A DNA stretch of 64,000 nucleotides from Candidatus Bathyarchaeota archaeon (GCA_963702095.1 OY969706.1:480001-544000); one strand, 5' to 3'; counted from the stretch's first letter, positions 30,252 through 40,286 are shown. Translations and numbers: made by a program. Notes: generated by a model from the sequence alone, not told the origin.

Positions 30252-31516
30252 ATGGTCTCTATGACTAGCGAAAAAGATAACGCTGCCCTGCTCGCTGAAA
30301 ACCGTGCCCTGCATGAACAACTAGCCGAAGCGCAGGATACCTTAAGAGCTATACATCATGGAGAAGTAGATGCCCTAGTTGTTTCCACGCCTGAGGGCCC
30401 TAAAGTTTACAGTTTGACCAGTGCAGAAACGCCTTACCGTTTGCCTAGTTGAAGAGATGCAGGAGGGCGCAGTAATGCTAGGCGACGACAATAGCATATT
30501 GTACTGTAACAAAGGCTTTGCTGAAATGGTAAAGATTCCGCTCGATAAACTGTTTGGCGCAAACATCGAAAACGTGGTTGCCCAAGAACACATTGAAGCT
30601 TTCCGACAGCTTTTAGCTGCTGGCATGTCAAGAAATGATAATGCGCAAAGGGAAATAACTTTTCAAGCAGGCAAAGATAAAATCGTTCCCGCATTGACAT
30701 CTGTACGGACATTAAAAGCTAACGATATAACCACGACTTTTGTTGTTACCACTGACTTGTCAAAGCACATGCAAGACGACCTCAAAAGGTACACACAAGA
30801 TTTAGAGTCAACAGTCGCTGAACGTACAAAACAACTCAAAGAGTCCGAACGTTTAGCAGTCATCGGCCAAACCGCAGGCATGGTCGGCCACGACATCCGC
30901 AACCCACTCCAATCCATAGTGAGCGAACTCTACCTTGCAAGACAAGAACTCGAAGCAATGCCAAACAATGAAGTCAAAGTAGGACTGAAAGAATCCATCG
31001 ACAGCATAGAAGCCCAAACCTTCTACATAAACAAAATAGTTGCCGACCTACAAGACTTCACAAAGCCGCTTGCGCCAAACCCGCAACCAACAGATATAGC
31101 AACTATTATTCATGACTCGCTCTCAAGCGTGGTTCCACCGGAAAACATTGCAGTAGACGTCCAAGCAGAAAAAACCGCTCCCAAAGTCGACGTTGACGCC
31201 ATATATCTAAAACGAGTCATAATTAACCTCATTTCAAATGCGGTCCAAGCTATGCCTAACGGCGGAAAACTAACCATAGAAACCGATTACACAAACAGTC
31301 AAGCTTCAATAACGGTTCATGACACAGGCATGGGCATTCCTGAACATGTGAAACCCCAAATTTTCCAGCCCCTATTCACCACTAAAGCAAAAGGTCAGGG
31401 CTTAGGCTTAGCCGTCGTGAAACGCTTAACAGAAGCCTTAGATGGCACAGTAACCTTTGAGAGCCAAGTTGGAAACGGCACGGCCTTTCATAGTTAAACT
31501 GCCCCTAAAACGTTAA
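30252..31516 (+). CDS. Kai-associated PAS histidine kinase (frameshifts near 30440 and 31488)
   Basis: LAEAQDTLRAIHHGEVDALVV…PYR joins LVEEMQEGAV PAS; GHDIRNPLQ; repaired C-terminus GTAFIVKLPLKR. Confidence 0.85.
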
Positions 31517-31615
31517 AAAAACAGCTAAACCATTTTTCTGTATTTAATAAACCGCAATCTAAAATAGGCACAGTGCATGACAACTTTCGCTAATCGCATC
31601 AGGAGAACAAACTTC

Positions 31616-32302
31616 TTGACTGTTTACTTATCCAGCATCGTTGGAAGCCCAAGCATAGGCGTATACTCGCTGGCAACTGAAAACGTAGTGATTATTCCAG
31701 TTATGGTGCCGCAGGACAAAGCCCAGGAATACGCTACTTGGCTCCAAGCTGAACTTATTCATACCTCGATCAGCGGCTCAGTTCTCATCGGGGCATTGGC
31801 TTGCGCAAACTCGAACGGGATGCTGGTTTCAAACTCCATCAGAGACGAAGAACTCAACCGTATCAAAGCAGCTTACAAAGGCAACATCACAGTTATGGAA
31901 ACCAAAAAAACCGCCTACGGCAACCTCGTATTAGCCAACGACAAAGGCGCCGTAATTGACCCCCGCTTCAAACCAAACGATATCAAAAAGATCTCCGAAA
32001 CCTTAGGCGTCGAAGCGGTGCCCACAGAAATTGCTTCTTTGCCCTATGTGGGTTCTTTGGCGGTGGCAACCAACAAAGGCGTTTTAGCTCATCCCATGCT
32101 CAAAGAAGAAGAAAGAAAAATCCTTGAAACCGTCCTTAAAGTTCCTGTTGACGTAGGCACCATCAACTGCGGAGTTCCCTATGTCGGAACAGGCTTAATC
32201 GCTAACAGCCACGCTGCTGTAGCTGGTTCTATGACGACTGGACCCGAGATGTTTATAATTGGGAATGCACTGGATGTTGTGCAGGAAGAGAAAATACCAT
32301 GA
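31616..32302 (+). CDS. eif6: Translation initiation factor aIF-6
   Basis: SPSIGVY, ANSNG, GNLVLAND, GTINCG; TTG start after AGGAGA. Confidence 0.95.
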   Translation: MTVYLSSIVGSPSIGVYSLATENVVIIPVMVPQDKAQEYATWLQAELIHTSISGSVLIGALACANSNGMLVSNSIRDEELNRIKAAYKGNITVMETKKTAYGNLVLANDKGAVIDPRFKPNDIKKISETLGVEAVPTEIASLPYVGSLAVATNKGVLAHPMLKEEERKILETVLKVPVDVGTINCGVPYVGTGLIANSHAAVAGSMTTGPEMFIIGNALDVVQEEKIP

Positions 32303-32529
32303 AAGCTTTCAAAGTAACCGGTCAAATCAACAAGCCAGAACTCAAGACTCCGTTTGCAAGAGAACTATTAGCTGACAAAAGCAGCCATGCAGTTGAGCGG
32401 GTTTACGCTGAAATCGGCAGCAGACATCGAGTGAAACGGGTACACATAAAAATCTCAGAAGTCAAAGAAATAACAGCTGACGAAATTGAGAACCCGGTTT
32501 TAAAGAAAATAGTAACTGGAGAACAATAA
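32299..32529 (+). CDS. rplX: 50S ribosomal protein L18Ae/LX
   Basis: AVERVYAEIGSRHRVKR; conserved synteny. Confidence 0.92.
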   Translation: MKAFKVTGQINKPELKTPFARELLADKSSHAVERVYAEIGSRHRVKRVHIKISEVKEITADEIENPVLKKIVTGEQ

Positions 32530-32530
32530 G

Positions 32531-32971
32531 TTGACTCAAAGAGCCCAAGCTGAAGAAGAACTCCGTAAACTCAGCGTAGAAATGCGTTACCTCGAACAAA
32601 CAGCGGAAGCGTTGCAGCAACGCATCCAAATGGTCAACGCAGCCATAACCGACATAACCTACGCCAACGCGACACTGGACGGCATAGAAAAAGAGAAAGA
32701 AAACACTGAAATGCTGGTTCCAATCGGCGGTAGCTCTTACGTAAAAGTCAAACTTGCAGACCCCGACAAAATCATCGTTGGATTAGGCGCAGGCGTATCC
32801 GTCGAGAAAACCCTAGTCGAAGCCAAAGTCACCCTCAAAGAACGCCTTGACGAACTAGAAAAAACCCTCAACGTAGCCCAGCAACAGTTCACTCAGATTG
32901 CTGAACGCATAAACTCCGGCAGAGGCAGACTTGAATCGATGCTTGCCAATACACGAGAAGCCAGATCCTAG
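32531..32971 (+). CDS. pfdA: Prefoldin alpha subunit
   Basis: LVPIGGSSYV…VGLGAGVSVEK hairpin between coiled coils. Confidence 0.95.
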   Translation: MTQRAQAEEELRKLSVEMRYLEQTAEALQQRIQMVNAAITDITYANATLDGIEKEKENTEMLVPIGGSSYVKVKLADPDKIIVGLGAGVSVEKTLVEAKVTLKERLDELEKTLNVAQQQFTQIAERINSGRGRLESMLANTREARS

Positions 32972-32980
32972 TGGCGTCAC

Positions 32981-33886
32981 ATGTTTGAAAAGCTTAAGTC
33001 GGGTTTCAAGGGCTTAGTTACCAAAGTCACCACGACCGAGCTTAAAGAAGAAAACTTAACCCCTATTTTAGCGGATTTCAAAATGAACTTGGCAGAGAAC
33101 GACGTGGCTTTTCCAGTTGCCGACAAAATCGGCGACGACCTAATCAAGCGTCTCTCAGGCGTCCAAGTTAAACGGATAGAAGACCGCAAAAAATTGGTAG
33201 ATGAAAACCTCCGCCAAGTCCTCTTAGACGTAATGTTAACCAACATCCGCATTGACCTTCTAAAGGAAGCTGAGGAGAAACGCAAAAAGAAAGAGCCCCT
33301 CACGCTTATGTTTGTAGGCATCAACGGCACAGGCAAAACCACCACCATCGCCAAAGTCACCAAGTTCTTCCAAGACAAAGGCTACTCCGTGATTTTAGCG
33401 GGCGCAGACACGTACCGTGCAGGCTCCATTGAGCAGCTTGAAGAACATGGCAAACGCCTCGGGGTCCGCGTGATTAAAAGCACCTACGGCGGCGACCCAG
33501 CGGCGGTGGCTTATGACGCGGTGAGCCACGCGAAAGCCCATGGAATCAACGTGGTATTAATTGACACTGCTGGTCGCATGCAGACTAACATGAACCTTAT
33601 GAACGAGCTTGTTAAGGTCAAACGTGTTGTCCAGCCGGACCTAACGATTTTCACTGTGGACTCGTTGATTGGCAACGATGCGGTTATGCAGGCCGAAGAA
33701 TTCAACAAAGCCGTTGGAATCGACGCCACAATCCTAACCAAAGTGGACGCCGACGTGAAAGGAGGCTCAGCCCTAAGCGTTACCTACGTAACTCAGAAAC
33801 CGATCCTCTTTATCGGTGTGGGACAAACCTACAAGGACCTTGAACTGTTTAACCCCGAAAAATTCGTTACTATGGTCCTTCGCTAA
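32981..33886 (+). CDS. ftsY: SRP receptor FtsY
   Basis: GINGTGKTTT, DTYRAGS, DTAGR, TKVD, GVGQ. Confidence 0.97.
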   Translation: MFEKLKSGFKGLVTKVTTTELKEENLTPILADFKMNLAENDVAFPVADKIGDDLIKRLSGVQVKRIEDRKKLVDENLRQVLLDVMLTNIRIDLLKEAEEKRKKKEPLTLMFVGINGTGKTTTIAKVTKFFQDKGYSVILAGADTYRAGSIEQLEEHGKRLGVRVIKSTYGGDPAAVAYDAVSHAKAHGINVVLIDTAGRMQTNMNLMNELVKVKRVVQPDLTIFTVDSLIGNDAVMQAEEFNKAVGIDATILTKVDADVKGGSALSVTYVTQKPILFIGVGQTYKDLELFNPEKFVTMVLR

Positions 33887-33925
33887 GTCAGATGGCTCTT
33901 GTTCGGGTTTGTCTGGCGATTCTTT

Positions 33926-34114
33926 CTTTATATGGGTGTGGCATTTTATGGGGCACCACAGGATGGGTTGAGCTGGCGGTTGCTTTTTGCGGCTGCAGCA
34001 TTTCTCAGCATCTGTTTCGGTGTGGCAACGGTGTTTTTCTCCACACGGTACATGGCTCCATGCAGAAGTCGCCGCCATGTGAGTGTGGAAGCAAGCATCA
34101 TTTGCTTTTTTCCA
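33926..34114 (+). repeat. Dispersed intergenic repeat family A, copy 2
   Basis: Aligns with 26516-26709, ungapped over the first ~100 nt. Confidence 0.85.
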
Positions 34115-34290
34115 TTTAAATAGCAATGACAGCAAAATGCAAGCGGGCACTATCATGGTCCGATGGGGGAGAGCCGCCCGTCACCAGCAACAAACCAGCC
34201 GCCCCTATAAGGAATTCTCACAAACAAAAAACACAATAAAAAAAGCAATTGCAAACAGCAAAACTAACCTGGTGCTCTTTGAGTGATGAG

Positions 34291-34395
34291 ATGCTGGTTG
34301 AGTGGGCATTGCATGCAGTCAATGGACGTGGGGAGAATGGTTTAGTTGTATTTCCACTCTTTTTTTAAGATGGTTCCAGAGCCAGCAACCAAATC
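34291..34395 (+). repeat. Dispersed intergenic repeat family B, copy 1
   Basis: Aligns with 39421-39535: TGAGTGGG…ATGGTTTAGTTG…TTCCA.TCTTTT…GGTTCCAGAGCC..CAGCAA. Confidence 0.8.
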
Positions 34396-34427
34396 ATTGC
34401 ACTGATCCATAATTAGATTTAGTTAAC

Positions 34428-35693
34428 TTAGGAAATCAGTCTTTTTATTGGTTGCCTGAGTGCTAGGGATACGATTGCTAAAGTGACTGCCACTATTGCG
34501 GCTACTTCGAAAGCTGGAATCGAGCTTCCTGTAACTGTGATTATGCCTCCCGCCACCAATGGCCCGAGCAGAAAGCCGACTCCGCTTATGGCATTTATTA
34601 TTCCTGAAGCAGTCCCTGTAACATTTAATGGAAAATAGTCAGAAACCATCGCAAACGTCACAGCAGGCGTTCCAATCGCAAAGCCCATCGCGGCAACTAG
34701 GATATAGACCGCTGTTATTTCATTCCCAAATATTATGAAGGCTGACAAAAACACAGCGTACAATACGCTGCCGATTGCCACAATATACTTTCTCGCAACA
34801 TAATCGGATAAATAGCCCCATACATATCCGCCAACCATCATAAACAAAGCAAAAACGCTAAACGCTCCTCCAGCTTCCACAGGGCTCAACCCGACTTCTG
34901 AAATGAGGTAAGCTACAACAAAAAAATTGAACACCTTTAAAATAAAAATATTCATAACAAAAATAGCCCCCAAATGCCAAGTGTTACCATTTTTAAGTAC
35001 AGCTATTTTGCTTACCTTACCATCCAGAATTGGCGAATTATTATGTGTCTCATTCGATGAAGCGCCGTAGGGTAATACGTTTTTTTCTCTGGGTTCATCT
35101 CTTACCAGACTGTAAACTATCACCGAAAAGAACAGGTTGATAGCACCTAAGATGTACCATACGCTTCGCCAACCGTAGACAAGCAGTATTAATGGGATCA
35201 CAATCCCTAAAATGGCAGTATAAAGAGTACGCGGGCTATTTATGTAGCTTTGTGCAATCCCTCTTTTGCTCTTGTCAAACCATGCCCTTGTGAGTATTGC
35301 AGACAGCGTTGTTGGTGCCCCGGCTGCAAATCCGATTATAGAATAAAAAAACATGCCAATTACTGTTGAGTTTATTGTTCCCATTCCTATTATGCCGACC
35401 GAGAGCATCAAGGAAGATACTGTCAGTGATTTGCGAAGTCCTATTTTATCGGCTAAAACTCCCCATGACAGAGCGCCAATTATGAAAAAGACGCCGTATG
35501 GAGCGAATATGGTTCCTGCTTCGCCGTTTGTTATCCCCAATGTTTCTCCTAATGCAACAAGTACCAGAGGCAATGTTGCAGTAGCGGTCGCCAAAATAAG
35601 AAAGGCCTGTATTCCGCCAGTTGCGCAAATCCATCCATAGTGAATCTTTAGCTGTTCGCCAAAGCTTCGAATCGGCTTACTCATTAAGGTCAA
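34428..35693 (-). CDS. MFS transporter
   Basis: GVLADKIGLRK and GYLSDYVARK motif A; 12 TM. Confidence 0.92.
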   Translation of the reverse strand: MTLMSKPIRSFGEQLKIHYGWICATGGIQAFLILATATATLPLVLVALGETLGITNGEAGTIFAPYGVFFIIGALSWGVLADKIGLRKSLTVSSLMLSVGIIGMGTINSTVIGMFFYSIIGFAAGAPTTLSAILTRAWFDKSKRGIAQSYINSPRTLYTAILGIVIPLILLVYGWRSVWYILGAINLFFSVIVYSLVRDEPREKNVLPYGASSNETHNNSPILDGKVSKIAVLKNGNTWHLGAIFVMNIFILKVFNFFVVAYLISEVGLSPVEAGGAFSVFALFMMVGGYVWGYLSDYVARKYIVAIGSVLYAVFLSAFIIFGNEITAVYILVAAMGFAIGTPAVTFAMVSDYFPLNVTGTASGIINAISGVGFLLGPLVAGGIITVTGSSIPAFEVAAIVAVTLAIVSLALRQPIKRLIS

Positions 35694-35717
35694 TCTGTGG
35701 TTTTTACAGCTAACGGT

Positions 35718-36539
35718 CTATTGTGTTTTCCAAAGATTTTTGTCTTCGAAGGCTTCTACCCACATATGTTCGAAGTAATCTTGGAGAAGTGCAACGAGGC
35801 AGGGGCTGTCTGAAAACAACCTAGGGGTCTCCATAGGTTTTCGAACAGGTGTTAAGACGCTTACGGATACTTGTTTCTTATCGTCAATTCTGAGCGTGGC
35901 TAATGGTTCGTTTTCTATAAATCTAACTTGAACCGCCTTCACGTTTGTTTTGTATACTTCTGGTAGGCTTTTTTCTTTTTCTGGATGATTTGTAATTACC
36001 CGGAACATAACGTTTCTTTCCAGTAATGTAGCTATTAGATCAGAATCAATTATTCCACGGTATGATATGTGATCGAATGAGTCCATAATGTCAATACTTT
36101 TTTGAGTGCTCACAACGGCATCTTTCAATCGACGCAGATACGCCTCATTTGTCGAAATTAGCTTAAATTCAAATTCTTTTGCATTAGATTCTTTCTTCTG
36201 TTTTTCATTAAAACCTTCGATTAGTTCAACCGTTTTCTTCTTAACATCATTGTATTCGGTTTGTCTTTCGTCAAGTAAAGTTGCTACACATGCCTGCAAT
36301 GGTAAAGCCCTAAATTTAGCTGGCGTATCAATAATTTTTTCCACTAAGCTCTTATTTTCAAGTTCGGTCAATATTCGGTAAATGTCCTGTCTAGCGACTT
36401 TAGAGTTTTTCCAGATTGTTTTGGCTCTAGCTTTTCCCAAGTTTAACAATGTAAGATAGACTTTTGCCTGTGTAATGTTCAGCCCTAAAGCCACTAAGGT
36501 TTCAATTCCCTGCTCATCAGGTATCATAGCCCCCAACAA
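35718..36539 (-). CDS. TrmB-family transcriptional regulator
   Basis: LGLNITQAKVYLTLL…VARQDIYRIL..LE.KSLVEK HTH plus C-terminal sensor domain. Confidence 0.88.
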   Translation of the reverse strand: MLGAMIPDEQGIETLVALGLNITQAKVYLTLLNLGKARAKTIWKNSKVARQDIYRILTELENKSLVEKIIDTPAKFRALPLQACVATLLDERQTEYNDVKKKTVELIEGFNEKQKKESNAKEFEFKLISTNEAYLRRLKDAVVSTQKSIDIMDSFDHISYRGIIDSDLIATLLERNVMFRVITNHPEKEKSLPEVYKTNVKAVQVRFIENEPLATLRIDDKKQVSVSVLTPVRKPMETPRLFSDSPCLVALLQDYFEHMWVEAFEDKNLWKTQ

Positions 36540-36676
36540 CTCCTTGCTCTTTTCTAAGCTATTGATTCAATTTCAATTTAGGTTTTTGCTTTTGTCGGCG
36601 AATCGACTTACGCCTATCACTTAAAAGGGCTTAGGCATGAATTAAGCTTCACAAAAAAATGGAGAAAGAAAAATAA

Positions 36677-39361
36677 ATGAAATCAAAAAAATATAAAATA
36701 TTAGCCATTGCTATCATTGCATTATTTGCTTGCAGCGCTTTCGCAATCTCACCTCTAAAAGCAAGTGAATTCCCAAACGTTCCTACATACTCATATTTGC
36801 TTGCAGTTCCAGACTATGTTGGCTTAGGCCAATCGGTGTTCCTCACTGCTTGGGTTGACAAAGTTCCACCAAATGCAGCGATGACTAGCGGCGATCGATG
36901 GGTAAACATAACAATATATCTTACATACCCTGATGGAAGCAAACATACAATCGGACCTCTTACTTCTGACAGCGCTGGCGGTGCCTCTACCACATTTATG
37001 CCCACTACGACTGGAAACTACTCTGCGTACATGGTCTTCCCTGGACAAACAATCACAGGAAACTCAGGAAATCCATCATGGCCTATAAATCCAAACGACA
37101 AAACAATCGGAGACTACTATGGTCCATCCACAAGTCCAACAATCCACTTCACCGTGGGAGATACCCCTGCAACAATGATTGCTGAGAACCCTCTTCCAAC
37201 AAATTATTGGGAGACTCCAGTAGAAGCATTTAATCACTGGTGGTACGCACTTAACGGAAACTGGTTCGGTTTCGCAGACGTAAACTTCGCAAATACCGGA
37301 TGCTACTCTGTAGAAGGCAACTTTAACCCCTATTCACAAGCTCCGACAACCTCGCATATCGTTTGGACTCGCCCCGAAATGCCCGGTGCAGCCGGAGGTC
37401 AAATGGGCGGTGAATTCGGAGGAACCTCGGAAACCAACTACTTTAGTGGCGTTGAATACCAACCCAAGTTCGCACCAATTATCCTAAACGGAGTACTATA
37501 CTACCAATACATGCCAGGCGGAGTACGCAATACTGTTGGAAGTGCAGGTCAAGGCTGGGTCGCAGTGGACCTACAAACAGGGGAAACATTGTGGACTAAA
37601 AATTACCTAAACTACTTTGGCGACGGTCAAAATGACCTTCTTCGATGCGGTCAAATAATGGTCTACAACAATAACCCGAACTACTATGGAGGCAACTCGT
37701 ATCTTTGGGCAACAAGAACGAACACCACAGCTAACTACTATGATTTGTTTGATGCAGCAACTGGAAACTATATGACAAGCGTCTCTGGAGCACCTGCCAA
37801 AGGAAACGGCCTCACTATTGTTGAAGGCGAATACGGCGAACTGCTGTGCTACTACATCAACGCAACATCGTTTTCCAACAATGGCACTCAACTGCAGTCA
37901 CTAACACTTTGGAACTCAACCAAATGCTTGAACCCTACAGGCAACCAAATGATCCCGGATCCAATACAAAACCAACCAGTGCCATGGTCTCAAGGAATAA
38001 TGTGGTCAGTGACTTTACCCAACAGTTATGAAGGAATACCATTCGGAAACGTCATGGCAAACGGTGTAGCACAACCCTCAGGCTTCCTACTTGGAACTGA
38101 AGGACCATACACCTACACATTTGACCTGGAAAACCACATAGTGGTAATGTCAGCTGCACAAGGCGAATACACCAGATGGGAATGGCAGACAGGATGGACA
38201 ATCGACGCAGCCTACAGCTTAACCGATGGAAAACAGCTATGGATAACCAACAGAACACAAACACCATACACAACCCTGATGTGGTGCTCTGGTGCATCTA
38301 ACGGAACCTACGCAGTGTATAACAAAGAGACGCTTAATTGGATGGGCTACAGCACGCAAACAGGAAAAGTAGTATGGGGACCAACAGAGCCATACAACAA
38401 TGACCTAGCATACTATAACGATCAGAGCTCCTTCTGTGCATACGGCAACCTCTACGCATGGACATTCGGCGGAGAAGTCTACTGCTACAACATGGCAACT
38501 GGCGAAAAAATATGGAACTGGAGCACTGGTGACACAGGATTAAACAACCCCTATGGCGTCAACACACTCTGGATGCAAGGCACATACGACGCAACCATCG
38601 CTGACCATATCCTATTCGTTCACGCAGGTCACAACTATGGTCCACCACTGTACAACGGCGCGGAAGTCTATGCTCTAAACACAACTGATGGCAGCCTAAT
38701 CTGGAGTATGAGGAACACTGCTACTGGCGGAAGCATGCCAATATCTTGCGGTTACTTGTTGACCATCAATGCCTACGACAACCAACTCTACGCCTACGCC
38801 AAAGGACCAACCAAAACAACCATCAACGCACCTCAAATCGGCGTGACAACAGCTACAGCCGTAACTATAACAGGCACAATTAATGACATCTCGCCAGGCG
38901 CATCTCAGACAGTAGTTGCAAATAATTATCCCAATGGCCTACCATGCGTTTCCGACGACAGCATGTCTGATTTCATGGAAGCAGTCTACGAACAATGCGC
39001 AATGCCCAGCAACACCACAGGAGTTCCAATCACCATAAGCGTCGTTGACTCTAACGGCAACTACCGCGAAATCGGCCAAACAACAAGCAGTGCTAGCGGA
39101 ATATTCGGTTTCACTTGGACACCCGACATCTCAGGCGACTACACGCTCTACGCAAGCTTTGCAGGTTCTGGCGCTTACTACCCCTCGTCAGCTCAAACAT
39201 ACTTCCATGCAAGTGAGGCATCCACACCAGCACCGACGGCACAGGTACAAACCGGCTTAGCCACAACATCTGACTTGCTAAGTTACATTGCAGCAGCAAC
39301 AGTAGCTATCATAATTGCAATAGCAGTTGCAGTTGTGCTACTTATGAAGAAGAAGGCATAA
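36677..39361 (+). CDS. Large secreted PQQ-type beta-propeller surface protein
   Basis: Signal peptide; repeated AxDxxTGxxxW motifs; C-terminal Ig-like domain, TM and KKK. Confidence 0.85.
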   Translation: MKSKKYKILAIAIIALFACSAFAISPLKASEFPNVPTYSYLLAVPDYVGLGQSVFLTAWVDKVPPNAAMTSGDRWVNITIYLTYPDGSKHTIGPLTSDSAGGASTTFMPTTTGNYSAYMVFPGQTITGNSGNPSWPINPNDKTIGDYYGPSTSPTIHFTVGDTPATMIAENPLPTNYWETPVEAFNHWWYALNGNWFGFADVNFANTGCYSVEGNFNPYSQAPTTSHIVWTRPEMPGAAGGQMGGEFGGTSETNYFSGVEYQPKFAPIILNGVLYYQYMPGGVRNTVGSAGQGWVAVDLQTGETLWTKNYLNYFGDGQNDLLRCGQIMVYNNNPNYYGGNSYLWATRTNTTANYYDLFDAATGNYMTSVSGAPAKGNGLTIVEGEYGELLCYYINATSFSNNGTQLQSLTLWNSTKCLNPTGNQMIPDPIQNQPVPWSQGIMWSVTLPNSYEGIPFGNVMANGVAQPSGFLLGTEGPYTYTFDLENHIVVMSAAQGEYTRWEWQTGWTIDAAYSLTDGKQLWITNRTQTPYTTLMWCSGASNGTYAVYNKETLNWMGYSTQTGKVVWGPTEPYNNDLAYYNDQSSFCAYGNLYAWTFGGEVYCYNMATGEKIWNWSTGDTGLNNPYGVNTLWMQGTYDATIADHILFVHAGHNYGPPLYNGAEVYALNTTDGSLIWSMRNTATGGSMPISCGYLLTINAYDNQLYAYAKGPTKTTINAPQIGVTTATAVTITGTINDISPGASQTVVANNYPNGLPCVSDDSMSDFMEAVYEQCAMPSNTTGVPITISVVDSNGNYREIGQTTSSASGIFGFTWTPDISGDYTLYASFAGSGAYYPSSAQTYFHASEASTPAPTAQVQTGLATTSDLLSYIAAATVAIIIAIAVAVVLLMKKKA

Positions 39362-39420
39362 GGACAATTGAGAAACAAAATTTCCCATTTCCCTTTTTTT
39401 GGGAACTAAAATGCGTAAGT

Positions 39421-39535
39421 ATGTGGGCTGAGTGGGTTCTGGATATAGTTAATGCAGTTGCAGTTGAAGGATGGTTTAGTTGCATTTTCCATTCTTTTCT
39501 CCTTAGTTGGGTTCCAGAGCCCCAGCAAACCCATC
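39421..39535 (+). repeat. Dispersed intergenic repeat family B, copy 2
   Basis: Aligns with 34291-34395. Confidence 0.8.
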
Positions 39536-39579
39536 GCCAATTTAGCATCAAAGCCCGCAGCATTTAATGAAACGCGCCC

Positions 39580-39957
39580 TTAAGCTTCTTCGGCTTCGGT
39601 GAGTTCGAAGCGGATTTTAGCTGGGTAAACCCAGTAGGCTTTAACGAAGTCTTCAAAACCCTGGTCGATGTCGGCTGCTTCAAAGAAAGGCAAAAAATCC
39701 TTTTCGACGCCGTCCAGTTTTTTGGATGTGTGCACTTTTACGGTAAAAAGGTATTCGCCGTTGGGCACAAGTTGCTCCATATCGATTGATTCAGCGGCTT
39801 GGACTGCAAACATCAAGTTCGACAATACATCCAGAACCGCCAGTTTGCGGGCACCCTCACTTTTAGTTTTAACCACAACCAACCGTCTCTCGATTAATCG
39901 GTAGGTCCATTCAACCTCTCGGTTTAACGCCGCTGACAAAACAATCTCCTCAAACAA
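39580..39957 (-). CDS. Hypothetical protein
   Basis: 125-aa ORF with normal coding composition; co-oriented with the cupin gene. Confidence 0.55.
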   Translation of the reverse strand: MFEEIVLSAALNREVEWTYRLIERRLVVVKTKSEGARKLAVLDVLSNLMFAVQAAESIDMEQLVPNGEYLFTVKVHTSKKLDGVEKDFLPFFEAADIDQGFEDFVKAYWVYPAKIRFELTEAEEA

Positions 39958-39977
39958 CAGAAGCCTAACGTTCTATT

Positions 39978-40286
39978 TTACTTTTTAAATTCAACCACCA
40001 ACATATCCGCTGTTGTGTCGCCGATGTTTTGGGCTTCATGTGACTGAGCGGACAAAAAGAAGGCGTCTCCAGTTTTTAAATCCATAACTTGTGTTTTGCC
40101 ATTGGAATCAGTCATTTTAATTTTGCCGCCGCTAAGCATATAGGCAATATGGTCGGGGTGATTGTGCATTGGAGTTTTGTCGCCTGGCTTAAAGGTTGCT
40201 TTCATGACGCGTGCACGGTCGTTTTCAAACACCAGTTTATACTCGTTGCCCGCATTTTTTAGCGGATCGCTTACTTGGCTCATCAA
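39978..40286 (-). CDS. Cupin domain protein
   Basis: FENDRARV, PGDKTPMHNHP, HEAQNIG. Confidence 0.88.
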   Translation of the reverse strand: MMSQVSDPLKNAGNEYKLVFENDRARVMKATFKPGDKTPMHNHPDHIAYMLSGGKIKMTDSNGKTQVMDLKTGDAFFLSAQSHEAQNIGDTTADMLVVEFKK

